Shown: one piece after another, positions 39,741 to 54,359 of the stretch
Layout: each line of letters starts with the position of its first letter
Numbering within the stretch: the first letter of the stretch is position 1
Source: Lama glama
Lineage: Eukaryota
Length of the DNA: 64,000 nt
Direction of reading: 5' to 3'
NCBI GenBank assembly: GCA_028534125.1
Contig: CM052817.1
Location: 42,906,001 to 42,970,000, forward strand
Notes under the pieces: model-generated
Database searches by the model: none
The model's input: the letters and a program-made list of their open reading frames with translations, nothing else
What the model was told of the DNA's origin: nothing
Made by a program: the position numbers and the translations under genes

Positions 39741-40379
39741 GCCCGTTGAGTCTCTGGGTTTTTTTTTTTTTCCTCTTTTCATCACAATAAAAAAGCAAAG
39801 GAGTGCAAAGAATAAATTTTCCTCAGAAGGTTATATTTAGTTGGGCAGTTGACATGTTCAGCCAACTCTCAATTATCCACAGCAAAAGGAAACCAAAGCA
39901 TCAAACATAAATGAAAACCACACATACTCCAAAATCTTCATTTTGGCTGCATCTTTCACCAGGGTATTCCCAGGATCTAAAAAGACAACTTCACATTTTA
40001 CTCAAATCCCTTTCTTATCTCTAGGGGTCAGTTCTCAGGAAGTAGAAGATGAAGAAGAAGCAAAACCAAGAAGAACCCACCCATTGAAAAAACATCACAA
40101 GGCAAATGAGATATGCAACAGAAAAACATGGTGGAGGGTACAGTTTGCACCTGTGCTTTTCCATCCTTCCTTCATCCACATCTCATTCACAGCAACTTTA
40201 AAGACATGCTTGCTTTTGACAAATGAAAAACAACAAAATATCCATGAAAATATCTTCCTTTGTTAATGGGTTAAAGATCGTATAAAACAGGCTGAATATA
40301 GGTTCATTTTCAGTTTCAAGGAAATACCGTTCAGATCAATTAAACAAACTGTCTAAAAATTCAAACATATATCCTTTTA

Positions 40380-41470
40380 GTTAAACAAACATTTATTGAG
40401 TTCTTATTGCATGCCAGGCACTATGGGAAATTCTAGGAATACAAAAATGTGAATGGGTCACTTCTGCTCTCATGTAGCTCCTAAGGAAGAAGTCACAGAA
40501 ATAGATATTTAAAATTGACACAGTGACATTAAAGCACAGAGTAGAAGCATCTTCCCCAGCCAGGGAGATCCTGGAAGATTTCTAAGGAAACACAAATTCC
40601 AAACCAAATCCTAAAGGGCCAGCACAGTTACGCAGGTGAAGAAGCAAGAGTTGGGGGAAGGACACTTCAGGCAAAGGGAATAGCGTGAGCAAGGGCACAG
40701 GTGTGCGACAGTTGTGTGTATTCACAGAACCACTGGGATCTCCAAGTTGTCAGAGCACAGCAATCATAATCATGGTGATGAGAAAGGCAAAGAAAAGGCA
40801 ATTGATAAAACTAGAAAGCCAGGGAGAGTCCAAATCTTTGGGGACTGTGTCAGAAACTTACATTAGTTGTCCTTCCAACATCATTTATATGCAGTAAAGT
40901 AAGACCAACATAACCCTTAATTCCATCATCTATTTGTTCTTTCTTTTAGCTATTCAACAATTTTTTTTAAGCATTTACCACATGCCAGGCACTGTTAGAG
41001 GCACCATGATAGAGTGGGGAGCAAAACCAAGTCCTGAACTCACGGTGTGTTCATTCTGATGGGGAGAAAAAGACAAGAAACAAGCAATGACAAACACAAC
41101 AACAAATTACGTCAAGCCGTGATAACATATCAAAGCCTATTTAAGCTCTAGTCTCTAAAAATAAATAAAGGCTGAATAAAGAGAAGATTGTGAGGTGAGA
41201 GAATGGGGAGCATGGTGAGTTGTTTTATACAGAACAGTCAAGACAAGACATCCCTGAGAAGGTGATATCTGAGCAGAGACCTAAAGGAAATTCATTTCAG
41301 GGAATTGCTTTTAAAGGAGAGCTGATCACACAAGCAAAGATCCTGAGAGGAGAGCACGTTTCTTGGCAAGTAGAAGAGAAAGCAAAGGGGCCAGTCTGAA
41401 GCAGAGTGAACAAGAGAGAAGGTCAGGGAGGAGGGGTGCAGGGCAGTGAGATGCAGATTACTGCTGAGTA
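40380..41470 (-). mobile_element. Two L2 3' fragments (about 40380-40860 and 40950-41470)
   Basis: acatttattgagttcttattgcatgccaggcact; attcaacaa...agcatttaccacatgccaggcactgttagaggc; tccctgagaaggtgatatctgagcagagacctaaagga. Confidence 0.85.
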
Positions 41471-41712
41471 CAGGGCTTTTCAAACTTCTTTGGAAATGAT
41501 CTAAAATAATATATTTTACATAGTGACAAATATATGTGTTTTACAGATAGAGCCTGAAACAGAGGTATTTTTAAAGTTTCAGGAAACTGTATTATGTGCG
41601 GTACATTGCTATTTTCAATTGTACTTCATTTTTTAAAAAATTCTGGTCACAATTCATTAAATTTATCTTATAACCTATTAATAGGTCACAACCCACAGTA
41701 GGGAAAACACTG
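41471..41712. mobile_element. hAT-Charlie-type non-autonomous DNA transposon
   Basis: Degenerate TIRs cagggcttttcaaact ... agtagggaaaacactg; ggtcacaacccacagt. Confidence 0.65.
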
Positions 41713-41764
41713 AAGCAGAGTCATTGTTCTTTAAAAAAAAAAAAAAAAAGCACATATTCTTTTA

Positions 41765-41850
41765 AAGGTGCCCAACACCGAGCCCAGTGCCAGACACGTA
41801 GGTATCCTAATATTGTTTGTTGAATGAATGGATAAATGAATGAATGAAAA
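41765..41850 (+). mobile_element. L2 extreme 3' end
   Basis: cccagtgccagacacgtagg...tttgttgaatgaatggataaatgaatgaatgaa. Confidence 0.75.
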
Positions 41851-42399
41851 TAATTAGAAGTTTATTTATAAGGCTTGAAGTCTGAAGACTTCAAATTGGG
41901 CATTTCCATGCCAAAAAAAGTCTAACAACTGCATGCTCTTCAGATCATTGCTTATCACCAGGTGCACCAGAATGTACACAGAGTTTATTAATAGAAAATT
42001 AATGTCAGTCACTTCTCAAAGTGGACAAAGTGCTCTCAAAAAGGTCATTTACTGGAGGTAAAAGGAGAGTCCTCACAATTTACTTTTTCATTTTCTGAAA
42101 CTCAAATTTTTTTGAATAAAAAAATACTTAAGATAAAATAATTTGGGAGTAGGTTCCTAATGATATTAATCGTTATTTTCATGGAAATTAATTCTTCTAC
42201 CCTTATGTGACTTCCAACAGAGGATTAGAAAATCCTTAGATACAAGTGTGATCATGCGCCAGAATTTCTGACTGGCTCTTTTGATTTTTCTTTTAAAGAA
42301 TTGAATATGAAGGGAACAATATTCCTCATGAAGTTAGCTATATGTATGTTTTCTAAAAGAACTGAATTAGAGTTCAGAAAATCTGATCTTTATTCTGTA

Positions 42400-42760
42400 G
42401 AACAATAACAATTGCTAAAATTGACACAGTGCCAGGCACTGCTCTAAGCATTTTACATACAAAACATTAATTCATTAAATCCAAACAATGGCCCTATGGG
42501 AGAAGTACGATTACTATCTCTACAACAGGAAACTGAGGCAGAGAGAGAGAAAACAATTGACCATATGCCATGCATTGCAACACCCTACACATATCAACTT
42601 ACTTAATCTTCGTAACAGCATTATTTTAAAAATAAAGTCACCAAGGCACAGGGATAGATAACTTGCTCTCTGTCACAACTACTAATTGGTGGAGCTGGGA
42701 CAGAATCCAGGGCAGTCAGCTCCAGAGTCCACGCCCCCAGAGAATATGCCACTCTGCTTC
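42400..42760 (-). mobile_element. Two adjacent MIR fragments
   Basis: gtgccaggcactgctctaagcattttaca...ggaaactgaggcagagaga; aaggcacagggatagataacttgc...ggtggagctggga...ctccagagtccacg. Confidence 0.8.
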
Positions 42761-44649
42761 CTTTAGCTGTAACGTCTGTGCCAAGTTAGCCCTGTGAAAT
42801 ATGATGATGCCAAGTGAGATTTTAAGGAAAATGTGAGCTCCTCGGGAGAAACCAGTGGCCCAGCTGCACATATTCAGCATCAATCATTAGGTGACAATTT
42901 TAATATACTTACCACCAAGGACTTAGCAAATGTAACTTATAGAAATTTTATCTTATATTTTCCCCAACTGAATTCTCTACTACAACCTTTAAATTATCTT
43001 GAGTCTAAATTAATTCAACTATTAATGTCTCTCTGCATCTGTTTTTTTTTTTTCCCCTTCCTTCTTACTTCCCTCAGACCCAAGTTTGGAACACTGTGTC
43101 TTTAAAAGTTAAAAATGCAAACATCACATGGAATAGTCTATGTGTCTATTTCACATCTCATTATTAAAACTGATAATTAAATATCTCTGAGTGCTCACAG
43201 ATGTAGATATCTAGACACCTGTCTATCTCAGCATTTACAGCTCTTCCTGAAAAGGATGAATTTCCCTTAAGCTCTTCTTCACTTGCTTTTTGCTCATCCC
43301 GTACTTTTTACACATACATATATACATACAAGGAAAGAGTAGGGTGTTACCCTTGATGGTCTGCTCCTTAACCTAAACTACACTCTTTGTCATCATGATA
43401 ATGGTCACATTATTAGTCAGGAAGCTTTGTTCTCCATGGGGACTCAGCATAAATATACCAGTAATAATAATTCATGTTTAAATGCTCTATCAACCTCACT
43501 TGGAGATGAAGGTTGGTAGGTAATGATAACTCTTTTCACTATCCTAAGTACAAATGCAAATAAACAGAAGTTTGTGGCACAGAATACCACAATGCCCTCT
43601 GACCTTCATGCATGAGGTCACAGGACTCCAAAACAAAAGATAAGATCCTTGTGGTCATGGGATTCTTAAAGGGACATCTCAAACCACAACCTGACATTTC
43701 TTAAGGAACTCAACACTGGTTAAACTCTACTCTAGGGTGTGGTCAAAAGAAAGATATCCTTTTATGAACAGGTAATAAAGCCTTCAAATTCCTAAAATAA
43801 ATTCAGCAACTGAAAAAAATAACTAATTGAAATATCTACTTTCCCATGGTGATGTGGTATTTTAAGCCAGGCATTTTTTTTTTTTGTGAGAGCTTCCCAC
43901 AGTTTGGATCAAAATGAATAAAAACAAAGGACCAAATCCTTAACAGCTCTACTAATATTTCTTGTTCTTTTTAAAAGTAGGTCTTGGAGACAACCCATGA
44001 TAATCAAAAACTACATGGTGGTCAGGTCATCCTAATTTAACACTACACTCTGCTACATCCATAACCTTGGATAAGCCCCATTTCACAGTCTAAATCAGTT
44101 TTACAAAGAAGAAAATGTATTAATCTCTTTTTTTCCTTTTCTCCCTCAGAAATACTCTGGAGCTCACTGTAACGACTATCCTCCAAATGTTTGTTATAGT
44201 ATGGTGTTATGGTATAAAAATATAACAAAGTCTTTCATGTGATCGAGACTAAAACAAACCCTCCTTCTATTACATTCTGTACCATGCTATGCTGAGATAC
44301 AGCTGGGCTCAGGAGCCTGTTTTCAAATGATAATATCTTAAAGACTTCAGGAAGGTCATCCTCTGCACTGACACCAGGTAAAATGCAAGGGTAGGAATTA
44401 CAGGAAAGAATAATCTGTCTCTTCTACTTAGCATCTTTCACATGACAGCTTCAAATCTTACCTGATATTGAGCAGAAATTTAAATAAGAAAGTTAAATCC
44501 ACTGGGAAAAAAAAAATGTATCCAGCCACAAAGTACAAAACAAACAGAATAGGGTATCACCGTGTGGCAATTCCAATATATCCAGTCTCTATCGTTTAGT
44601 GGAGGTGTCATCCCTATTTTTCAGGCAGAGACAAGTAGTCAATAAGAAG

Positions 44650-45130
44650 AAAAACTATTGATCTACCAACAGGTTTAAATACAATCTTGAAATAAATTCT
44701 GTACAAAACCCAGAAGCCTTCCTCTGTGTAACAGTTAAATTACTGACTCCCATGCAAAACAAAAATCCTGCCCTTAGGCCATTATCAGCATGATCCTTCA
44801 TTTGAAGTCTTACAGGCTGTTCAAGGGACAACCCTGATGGTTTGGCCAAAGGGAAACAATACACGGAGTAGCTCAATACAGGCCAAGTAAAATGGAGCCT
44901 CCCAGTATGAGAATATTAAATTATTATGGCTGCAACAGGGGGCACAATTGTTAGTGGCCCCCTCCCACTTATGGCCTTGCTCCTCTCTTCCCTGCGGTGA
45001 GTGTTCATTGTCATACCTAATATTCAAATGCTTTGATAATAATAAGATTGTCAAGATAATAGCAGGAAATGTTCAGGCGAAACTCAATTTCCAAAAGCCA
45101 GCTGTGTTCTCCTGATTGTTCTTCCTAAGA
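44650..45130. promoter_or_regulatory. Candidate conserved enhancer-like sequence
   Basis: Repeat-free; SOX-type aacaat and palindromic acaattgt, NFI-like ttggccaa, TAAT cores. Conservation not tested. Confidence 0.35.
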
Positions 45131-46999
45131 AGATGGCTTCAAAAAGCAAAAAATCTTCCCATTTAAAAATTAGAACAAAGCTCCTATTATATGTAAATAC
45201 ACGTGCACAGGATCTAAGTTTAGAAGTGCAAATGTATGTCAGCAACTCAAATACTACAAATGATCAAGAGGAAGGATGCTAATGAGAGAGAACCTCAAGG
45301 AAGCTTGCAGGAAAAGAAACAGGGCAGCAGAACAGGACGAATCTTTCTTAATCTAACATTCTGTTTGGGGCGGGGGTGTTTTTCCTCTATCCAAAGAGCT
45401 TTAAGTGGATGCATGAAGGAGACAAGGTCTTAAATCAGGGAATGCTCGCCCATGTGGGCATTATTGATGGCACCTAGTTAGAAGAAGCAGTTTGAGTTCC
45501 TTTATTTCCTTTCATTTGCAAGACATTCCAATCAATAGACCCAGTGAGGTGGGGTGTAATGTGGGTTTTTTCGGAAGAACACTAGTATTGTTAACATGTT
45601 CAATATCTGTACTTCTTAAGGTTGATTCAGAAAACCTTGCCCTTTTGTCCCAATAAAATAATGCTTTTAGGGAAATGCTACCCTTTTGCTTTCTTTTCTC
45701 AGTCAATGCTATTTGGTCTACAGCCATTTTAAATAAAAAGTTTCAATGGATTGAAAAAAAAAAGCAGCAGCTGGAGACTAAAGCCCTGCAGGTGGCTGCT
45801 GATAAATACAGTATTGTCACTTGCTGGCATAAGCCCTCTCTAAGTGTTCTGAATACAGGTCAAAAGGCTTAACAAATTCAGAAGTCAATTTTAAATTATA
45901 ATCTACATGCAAGCAAATCCTCACCCATGCCACCCAAAAGGATTTCTTTTTTCCTTTCCAGTTACATAGGACTAGCAAGAATTTCATTCATCTTTTACAC
46001 ATAGACTTATATCAGTGTATTCATTTGTGTCACAGAAATGCATAGTTATTCTAGAGATTTTACAGCTTGAAACAATGGTGGCCATTTCTTTAAGGAGGAA
46101 TAACCTTTTTTTTTTTTTAACTCTCTCTCTATATATATATATTTGCAAAGAATATCTTTTAAGTACACTTTTTCTCTTTGGGGCTAGGGGGTTGTTTTAA
46201 ACCATTTGGGAAGAAAAGCACTACAGAAAGAGAAAGAATTGCTTGGTTCCATTTTGACATCATTTGGGACCAGTAGGCACTCCTCCTCGATTCATCTCAT
46301 TTGGCCACATTTGCTCTACGGCTCTTTGTCCTCTAGCACTTATGTTTCTCATTTTCACAGAATTAATTAGTAATTGCCTGTGTGTTTTTTCAGAAATATT
46401 CTTTTCCATATATATTTGCCCTACCTCCATACTTAAGTTTTAGATTTCCCAGTGTCAAGGATAAGGTAGTTCTTTTATTAACTTTTGGCATTTCCCCAAA
46501 GCAAGCTTTTCTCTGCTCAACATGAATGTTTAATAAAATAATCAATAGTTTATAAAGAAGAAACAAGATCTGAGAAGGCTATAGAACAACTTCTTAACAG
46601 TGGTCATTGTTTTTTGTTGGTTTTTTTTTGCTGAAATGTAGTCAGAGGAGGGCAGCTATGTTATATAATCTAAACTATTTAGGTTTTTAATGATGAATAT
46701 GTATTCTTTTATCATAAAATCATAATAAAATAATTTTTAAAGAAAAAAGAAGGAAGACCTGAAGAAGCACATTAGTCCCCACTGTGAATGACCTAATTCA
46801 AATACACTATCACTTTATTCATCAATAGCACAAGTGAAATGCAGAGATGGGGATGAAAAAGAGTTATGGATCTTGCTACAATGTGAGAAATAAGGAGGGT
46901 GTATCTGGACCTTGACCTAACCTATGCAAGTGGAGAAAATAAATGGCATTTCTTAAAAGGAAATGGAATGCCACCTCACCATCCTCTGTCTACTAATAT

Positions 47000-47620
47000 T
47001 AACATTCATTCATTCCACAACATTTTTTGAACATCTACTCTATGCGAGGCATTTTTCTAGGCACTGAAGATACACCAGTGAATAAAACAAGTAAAATGCC
47101 ACTGTCATTACTGAATGACATTCTATTTGGGGTAAACAGACACTAAACAGGAAAATATTGAATTGGTGATATGATGGTAAGTACCTTGGGAAAAAACAGA
47201 GAAGGGAAATTGGGACTGCAGTGGGTGGTAAGGATGGCTGCAGCTTCATAGACGAGGCAGACGTAGAGGGAGGTGACATCAGGGAAGTAGGAAGGACTGG
47301 AACACATAGGGTCTCGTGTGCCCTGTATGTTAATAAGTGTGGGTTTTTTTTTTTAGTAATAAAAAAATGCACTGGATGCATTTAGGCAGCAAGTAATATA
47401 ATCTTATTTCCACTTGAGAAAAATAATTTTGTTACATGAAAGAAACAGTACAAGAGTAGAGACAGGAAGAAATCCAGGTCAGAAATATAAGTCTGAGGGA
47501 CAATACATTTTAGAATGTTTTTAAAATCATGGGACTGCCTGAGACTACCTCAAGAGAAAGGATATAATGAGTAGAAAGGAGGGCTGAGGACAGAACTTGA
47601 CTATTTCAAGTCTGGAAGAG
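47000..47620 (-). mobile_element. L2 3' fragment
   Basis: cattcattcattccacaacattttttgaacatctactctatgcgaggcatttttctaggcactgaagatacaccagtgaataaaac. Confidence 0.85.
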
Positions 47621-48254
47621 GAAGCAGATAGGATTTGTCGGACACTCTGGCTCTTAAGTCAATGAGCCTAAAACCTCAGGTAGCAGAAGCCTCCATACCT
47701 GGATGCTACCTGTGAGTTACACAGAGCCATCCTTCCTCATCTTCCTGGAGCTGGTGTGAAAATGGCAAGGATAATACTTTTCCATTGTGAATATCTGCAC
47801 TGAAGAGACACCATGGACAGGGAATACATGTTTGGGTTTCTTGACCTAAAAGAGTCTGGTGATTCAGGGTGAAAGGCTAGAGCAGATGTTCCATTTGATG
47901 AAGATGGACTCCAAGGCCTCAGAGAGACAAGCTGGTGAGAGGCAGGAGACAGAACAGGGGAATAATTAAGACGGGAAGAAAAGAGGAAAGAGAGGGAAGG
48001 ACAAAAAGGAAAACCAGCACTAATTCAAGAAAAGAGCATGGCATAAGAGCAATGAGATGTCACAAGGTGTACAGTAGATGATTTTGGGTGGCATACTGAT
48101 TCTGAAAAATATTTATGTACTGTGTATTTATTTTACAGTTATCTTTTGACAACTAAATTGGTTATTTTTGTTTTGCACTTCCAGGAGTGAGATAACTTTT
48201 CCTATTTTTAAAAATTTATTCAAGGAAGAAATTAAAAAATCAGCTTAAGGGAAA

Positions 48255-48422
48255 AATATATTAAGTTCTTAATCTCCAGAATCCTCAAGTTCCTTATCAA
48301 TTCAATGGGATAAAGCCTGCCTTGCAGGGTTGTTATGATGACTAGCAATAAAGGTCAGAAAGCATCCAGTACAATGCCTAGCAGGTTCTCGGTAATAGTT
48401 AACAAATATTATTACTATTAAT
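48255..48422 (+). mobile_element. MIR
   Basis: cctcaagttccttatc...aatgggataa...gcagggttgttatgatgact...agtacaatgcctagca. Confidence 0.65.
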
Positions 48423-50739
48423 ATTTTTAAGTACCTAACATGTGCCAAGTATAATAAAAATTATCTTTTTGATGGAAACATAGAAAACTCAAAAAAAAAA
48501 GGCAAAACAAATTTGGAGAAACAAATATATTACAAGATTAGCAGACAGAAAAGAGTGAGTTGGTCACTAATGATATTATATTACAGCCAGAACTGAAGTT
48601 AGACGATAAAACTTGATTAGAAGAAATTAGAGACACAGAAATACAATTGGGAGTCAGGTACTATAGAGAACAAGGTAGTGGCTTGATTTTGAGATGGAGC
48701 TAAAGGATCCAAGATGAGGCTCTACTGATCAAGCTGCTAAGGAAACAAGAGAAGCAGGAGACCTTGACCTGGAGGCCTCCTGACCTGGAGACCTCTGCTC
48801 TGCTGGGCTCTGAGAGATCCCTGAAACCACTTAAACTGGGTGGTGAAATGTTATGTATGCAAATACCAGAGCAAGCAGTTTTCTAAACAGAGGGTCCATG
48901 TCTCCCACCAGATTTTCAAAGATTTGCGGCCTCAAATTTTTAAGTATTGCTGACTGAGCCAGATCAATTAGTCAACTGAAAACATCCAGAGGCTGCATCC
49001 CTACATAGGTGCTATTGGAATGGTTTTGTACTTTCAATGTCTGGGGTGGATGGGGCAAGTGTTGAGCTGAACCCGTAATGGGCAAGTCACCGTCCCCTCA
49101 TCATTATTTTCCAGGGTGGATTTGTATTATGCTGTGGCCTGACGTGCTACAGGCTCGACAGAGAAGCAGTTAGTATATGAAAACGTTTAGCTGTAGCATG
49201 GCAAGATTTTCCTTAGATGACAATGACATTGATCTTGGAATGGTGACATTCTAAGCATTAGAGATGGCAGTGAGCATGCCCTGCTGAGTTCCTGCCTCCA
49301 CCAGGTGGCCTTGACCACCAAACCCTGGGCATACCTCTGGAGAAAAGGGGGAGACCAAGGAGACCCAATTTCAGACACTCATACACCTAATCGCATTGTT
49401 CCCTTTGCACTGCTTCTTTCCTGGTTCAATAATAAACTGAAATTACCAGCAACCTGAAACCAAATCTAAGTCATCTTCCTACCAGTCCACCCTTAGGGAA
49501 CAGTCAGCCAGCCCCAGGCAGCCATTTGGAGATTGCACTCGACCTATTTCATCACAACTCAGTACTCCCATAAATGTTTCATAAATGTCTATAATTCCAA
49601 AGACAAACCTAGAGTTTAGCACTGCAATTTAAAAGTTTATGGCATGTATTTCAATAGTCTCATCTTGAAAAAGATCTTTGTAAATTTCTGCAACCAGAAA
49701 AAAGCAAAAAAAAATGTGCCTCCCCAAAAAGAGGCCAAATTAAAGGGGAAAATGTAAATTCTAGCATACGTTTTTAAATATCTGTCTTTCCTAACTATGT
49801 CTAAACATTTATAAAATTTTCTCCCTACTGACTATTTTTCATTACATATTTTAAAGGTGGGGAAAAAAATGTTTCCTATGGTTGAAAGGATGCCACAATG
49901 AAAGTTCTACTAGGAACTCACCAGAAGATACTAAGTAACAAATCTTTTAGAGCACTAAAAGAAATTACAAGATCAAACAATTAAAAATGGGTTCATCAAA
50001 TAGATGAATAGAGAAATAGACAATTCAACCAATAATAACTTCACATGTTGATTTTTCCAAGTGGAGGCTCAGTTTCTCCAATGAAAATAAAGCTTTCTTG
50101 GCTAAGGTAAGCAACAGTAATCAAAAACCCTACAAAACCATACTTGATTAAGGTCAGGATGACTAGCGCTTGGAATTTTGGTCTCTTGATGATGAAGACC
50201 CTGACTTCAAGAACTAAGAGAAACAGAGTCCAAACAGACATCATTAGCATAGTTTTAGAACAATTTTAGCTTTGATTATGAATGTGAGCTTCTCACCTTA
50301 GAATATATATTTTTCTCTCAACGTGTTCAGTTCACAGCTAAGAACAAAATAGGAGGTCAAGTACAGTAGTGGATAAGAAAAGTATAAAGGAGTATATTTT
50401 GTGAAGACAAATCAAACAGACATTTAAAGTGACATACAGATCAAATCCTCTTAGGGGAATAGAAAATAGTGACATTTTCCATTATCATAGTCCCCTCCTC
50501 TGGGTGGAGCACTTAGGAACTCCTAGTACTTGGTAACTAACCTACGCTGAAATGTACATTGGAGGTTTGTCCTCCCCTGAAAGGCATCTCCTTTCTTTCT
50601 CTGAAGTTCCTCTTGCACAGAGCTAAGGGGAGGCTCAGAGAGGTGCAGTGTGGGACAGAGAAAGGGAAAAAACCCTTTCTTCACACTCGTGCTGCTCTGA
50701 ATGCGGACCATCTGTGCCCCCAGCTGGAGCGCCGGCAAT

Positions 50740-51360
50740 GGTCTGGCACTTGAACCACACCATATTTACAGATCTAAACACAAATGGCTACTGCCTGATT
50801 GTTTCATGATTCATTAGTCAGACAAGCTCTCCTCTCCCGCCAGCACAGCTGTTACAGAGTAAACCTTTGTCACTTAATAGGCCTGATTATTACTTTCCAT
50901 CAAAGGTATTGATCTGTGTCACCTCTACTTAAGGGAACGGGGGAGAAGAAAATGGGGGAATAAAATGTACCAGGAAAACATGAACATGAAGAAGAAGAAG
51001 AAGGAGTGAAAGAGAGGGACATTAGGCAGGATCAGTGACACAGTGACACTGGCTCCCTCCCTTGTTCTCTCCTGCGTGACCTGAATATCTGGATTCATGT
51101 CTTTGGCTGCAGTGACTGACTCTCTCAGAAAGAGGAGCCATACCTCACATGGTGTACAGCCAGGCCCCCAGACCACTGCAGTCACAGACCCTGACCACAC
51201 AGATCATTGGTCAACGACGGGCACAGGGTGAAGTGAACCAGAAATCTGTATCAATTAATAAACCAAGCCAGTGTGCAGATCAAGTACAGGCTCTGGAGGA
51301 AATTTTTATAGCTCCTTTAATTATCTCCTTTGGTTTAACAAATAAAGTGAAGCTATAACC
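50740..51360. promoter_or_regulatory. Candidate enhancer-like sequence
   Basis: TCF/LEF atcaaag (50899-50905), SOX-like cctttgt (50863-50869), tgatta/caattaat homeodomain cores; repeat-free. Confidence 0.35.
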
Positions 51361-51704
51361 CTGGGCTGTTCTCTGACTGTGATGCACTGCGTTCGCCCAG
51401 GTTGAGAGGTGCTCCAGTCTGGCGGTCTGGCTGCCAGGCAGGCACTGTGGGGCAGAGTGCTGGCTGGGTACAGGAAACATCAGCTTGGCACCCTGGCCAG
51501 CACTCTGCTTCTCTCTCACCTCTTTTTACCACTTTCCTCAGTTCTCCTTTCTTAAAAAAACAAACAAACAAAAAACTCAAAGGAATAAAAGTGAGAGGAT
51601 TTCCTGGGAAGGGGAAGACAAAGAAAGGCTGTCAGAAATTACACCAACTCAGTAAAAACCAAAGTAAAGGTTGTCACCAATATTCCCAACAGAACAATTA
51701 TTTG

Positions 51705-51885
51705 AGAAGCAAGAATTTTAGAAAGGAAGACCAAAGATCATCTATCTAATCTTCTGATTTGCCTGTACACAAAGGAAGCCCAGAGACATTTAGAAGCTTC
51801 CTCCTGCTACACAGTTTTTCGGATGGGACAGCTGAGTCTAAAAGAAAAGTGCTCTGCTAACCAGTTCAGAGCTCTTTCCATTCCA
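51705..51885 (-). mobile_element. MIR
   Basis: agaattttagaaaggaagacc...agatcatctatctaat...aaggaagcccagagac...agagctctttccatt. Confidence 0.65.
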
Positions 51886-52999
51886 CCAACCAACCCTCCA
51901 AGTACCAAAATCTCAACTCAGGCAGAGATGGTTTTAACTAATACTGTACCTCCCACAGCTTTATAGAAGACAGGATCATAAAAGGATGAGACCTTTGATC
52001 AAAGCTTGTGGAATCAGCCTCAGTATAGTCACACTTTTGTAAAACATTCATATCATAGAAGAATAGTGTTTTACTCATATGGGACACACATGTGTATACA
52101 TAAATATCACACACAAGTAACCCAACGCATGCAAGCTTACAAAATGGGCCTTGCTTTTACAACCATTCAACAGCTCCAGCCTTCTGAGATTCCAGCGTAG
52201 GCTGGTTTCCTTCCCTTTGTCTCCATAACACTCATAGCGATTGTTACCCAAATCTAGTATATTAATGAGACCTTTATTACCTCTTTGCCCCAGACCTCAG
52301 CTGCCAATTGCAGGCACACTGTCATTCCAGTTCACAAAAGGTCAACTGCCTTGCTAAGTACATACTGTTTGTTTTACGGTGCTCACCACAGGTGATGGAT
52401 TGACAAGCTAGACGTTGGGACCCTCCATTGACGTGAGTGTCAATAGAAGCAAGAGACAAGGCTCACCCTGCCAACTCAGTCCATTCAGAACTAAAGGGGA
52501 TGGTCAGAACCAGGCTTGCCTGAGTTCCTAACTCCAAAGGCACTGCTAATGAGTGCAGCATTGAGAAATATCTGAATGGGCCGTGGCCCTGGGGAGCTGA
52601 ACAAGCCTATTTCATACGTATTTTATTCTTAGTAGGCCCTTGGCCAAGGGGACGATGTTAATGGCTTGAGATCTCTTCTGACTCAGCCCAGATTTTAATC
52701 AGCAAACTGGCAATGAAAGACCCCTTGTCCCATTTCCATGTCTGTAGTTCTCCGGGTGGTTTAATTGTTCCACTTGATATCCATGTCCCGGGCCATCTAG
52801 TCTTCTCCCTTTGCCCATTCCCAGTTCCCAAATGGCACTGGGAATTTTACTCTTTGGAGCAGCATGTTAATGAAGCCTGCAGTGTATGTTTTGGTACCCA
52901 TAAAAAAATTTTTTAACAGAAATCGTAACTTTAATTTTTCTATATAAAACAGAATTTAGACTTGGAAGCAAATGAAATTTTACTGATAGCCAACTTTCA

Positions 53000-53260
53000 G
53001 CTTTTGAGCTTTCCAAACCAGAGTTTCTTTTTGTAAGTTATGTCTATCAGTTGACAGGACCAATATGATTTTACGTGGGCACACTTTGGCAACCAGGAAC
53101 TCCACATAGCATAGTGCACTTGAAATTCATATAAAAAGAAAGCTGTCAGCAAGTAGAAACTGATTAAAATAAAGGGCATTTGTTCTTAACAGGGGAGGAA
53201 AATCAGCTTATAGCCATGAAAAGGAAACTGATTGGCAAAAACTCATGTGAAAATGCCGAA
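53000..53260. promoter_or_regulatory. Candidate HOX/PBX/MEIS-type enhancer
   Basis: tgacag 53052-53057, tgattttacg 53066-53075, ctgtca 53143-53148, tgattaa ~53161. Confidence 0.4.
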
Positions 53261-54359
53261 GTATTAAAAACACTCCTCGATGTTCTCTCTGTTTATATTC
53301 CACTTGATAATTCGATTTTGAATCTAAATATGCATTTCTCCCAGCATATCAACAAAAATGGACCTTACCTAGAAATCTATGTATGGTGGCAAATAGCATT
53401 TGAAAGTATCCTCTAAAAAAAAACCCTAAGAATTTTTTAAACATATGACAGATGGTTTGTTATGCCCTAACAAATTTGTGAGGCAGGAAGAATAGGTATA
53501 CCACCTCAATTTTATAGCCAGGACACTGATGAGTTAAGATGTTCAGGATAGAGAAATACCATCAAACAATGTTTATAAAGCTCCTACCTGTGGGGAGCAA
53601 CTGTCTGGAATGCAAAAGAGCTATTGGTTATAATACCAAGAAGACCTACATGATGGTACAAAGAAAGGGGAAGAAGAGCACTAATATCATTAGAAAAATG
53701 ACCTGCATTCAAGGGCTTACCAACGGCTTTGTCTTTGAGCCATTGACAAAGAAAGCCTGAGAGAAAATCCACTTTCTGGCATCCAGTGGTGCTCACATGT
53801 TCTGGAGGTAGCCATGCAGAATGGTCCCTGAGTCTGAGTACTTTCTATCCAGAATAAAATAAAACATCTATGTGCAGTTAATTAAAACAATGTGCCTTTA
53901 AAAATAGTCATAACACTTGTTCTTATAGAGCTACATTATTTAACTAAATATACATGGAACAGCTGGGACTAAAACCCAAAAAATGCATATAGCAGATTGC
54001 AATGAAAACCTCCGGTTGTATTTAGTTACCTACATATTTTAATTTGGTGCATGCAACCAAAGCCAACAGTTTTCAGGGTTGGATAATTGTGTTTTCTCAC
54101 TCCTAAAAATGGCAACATCAAAGTATGTTCTGGCAAATGCCTTTTACTTTAAATATTTTTCTTTATTTTCTCTATATTTTTTCTTTATAGGGTGAATGTT
54201 CACAGAAATTTTTTTAATGCACTGTATTTATTTATTGTATTTAATGCATTATATTTCTCATTTCTAAGTTTCAGACTCATCATGGTACACCTAAAATATC
54301 TCTAGTCAATGTGGTACAAAACTGGACTATAAAATAATAAATAAATAAATGAATGAATG

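Noticed and set aside
44938..44962. Small hairpin gggggcac...ggccccc (also cttgaacaa/ttgttcaag near 25091)
   Set aside because: Stems are too short for a miRNA or structured RNA call.
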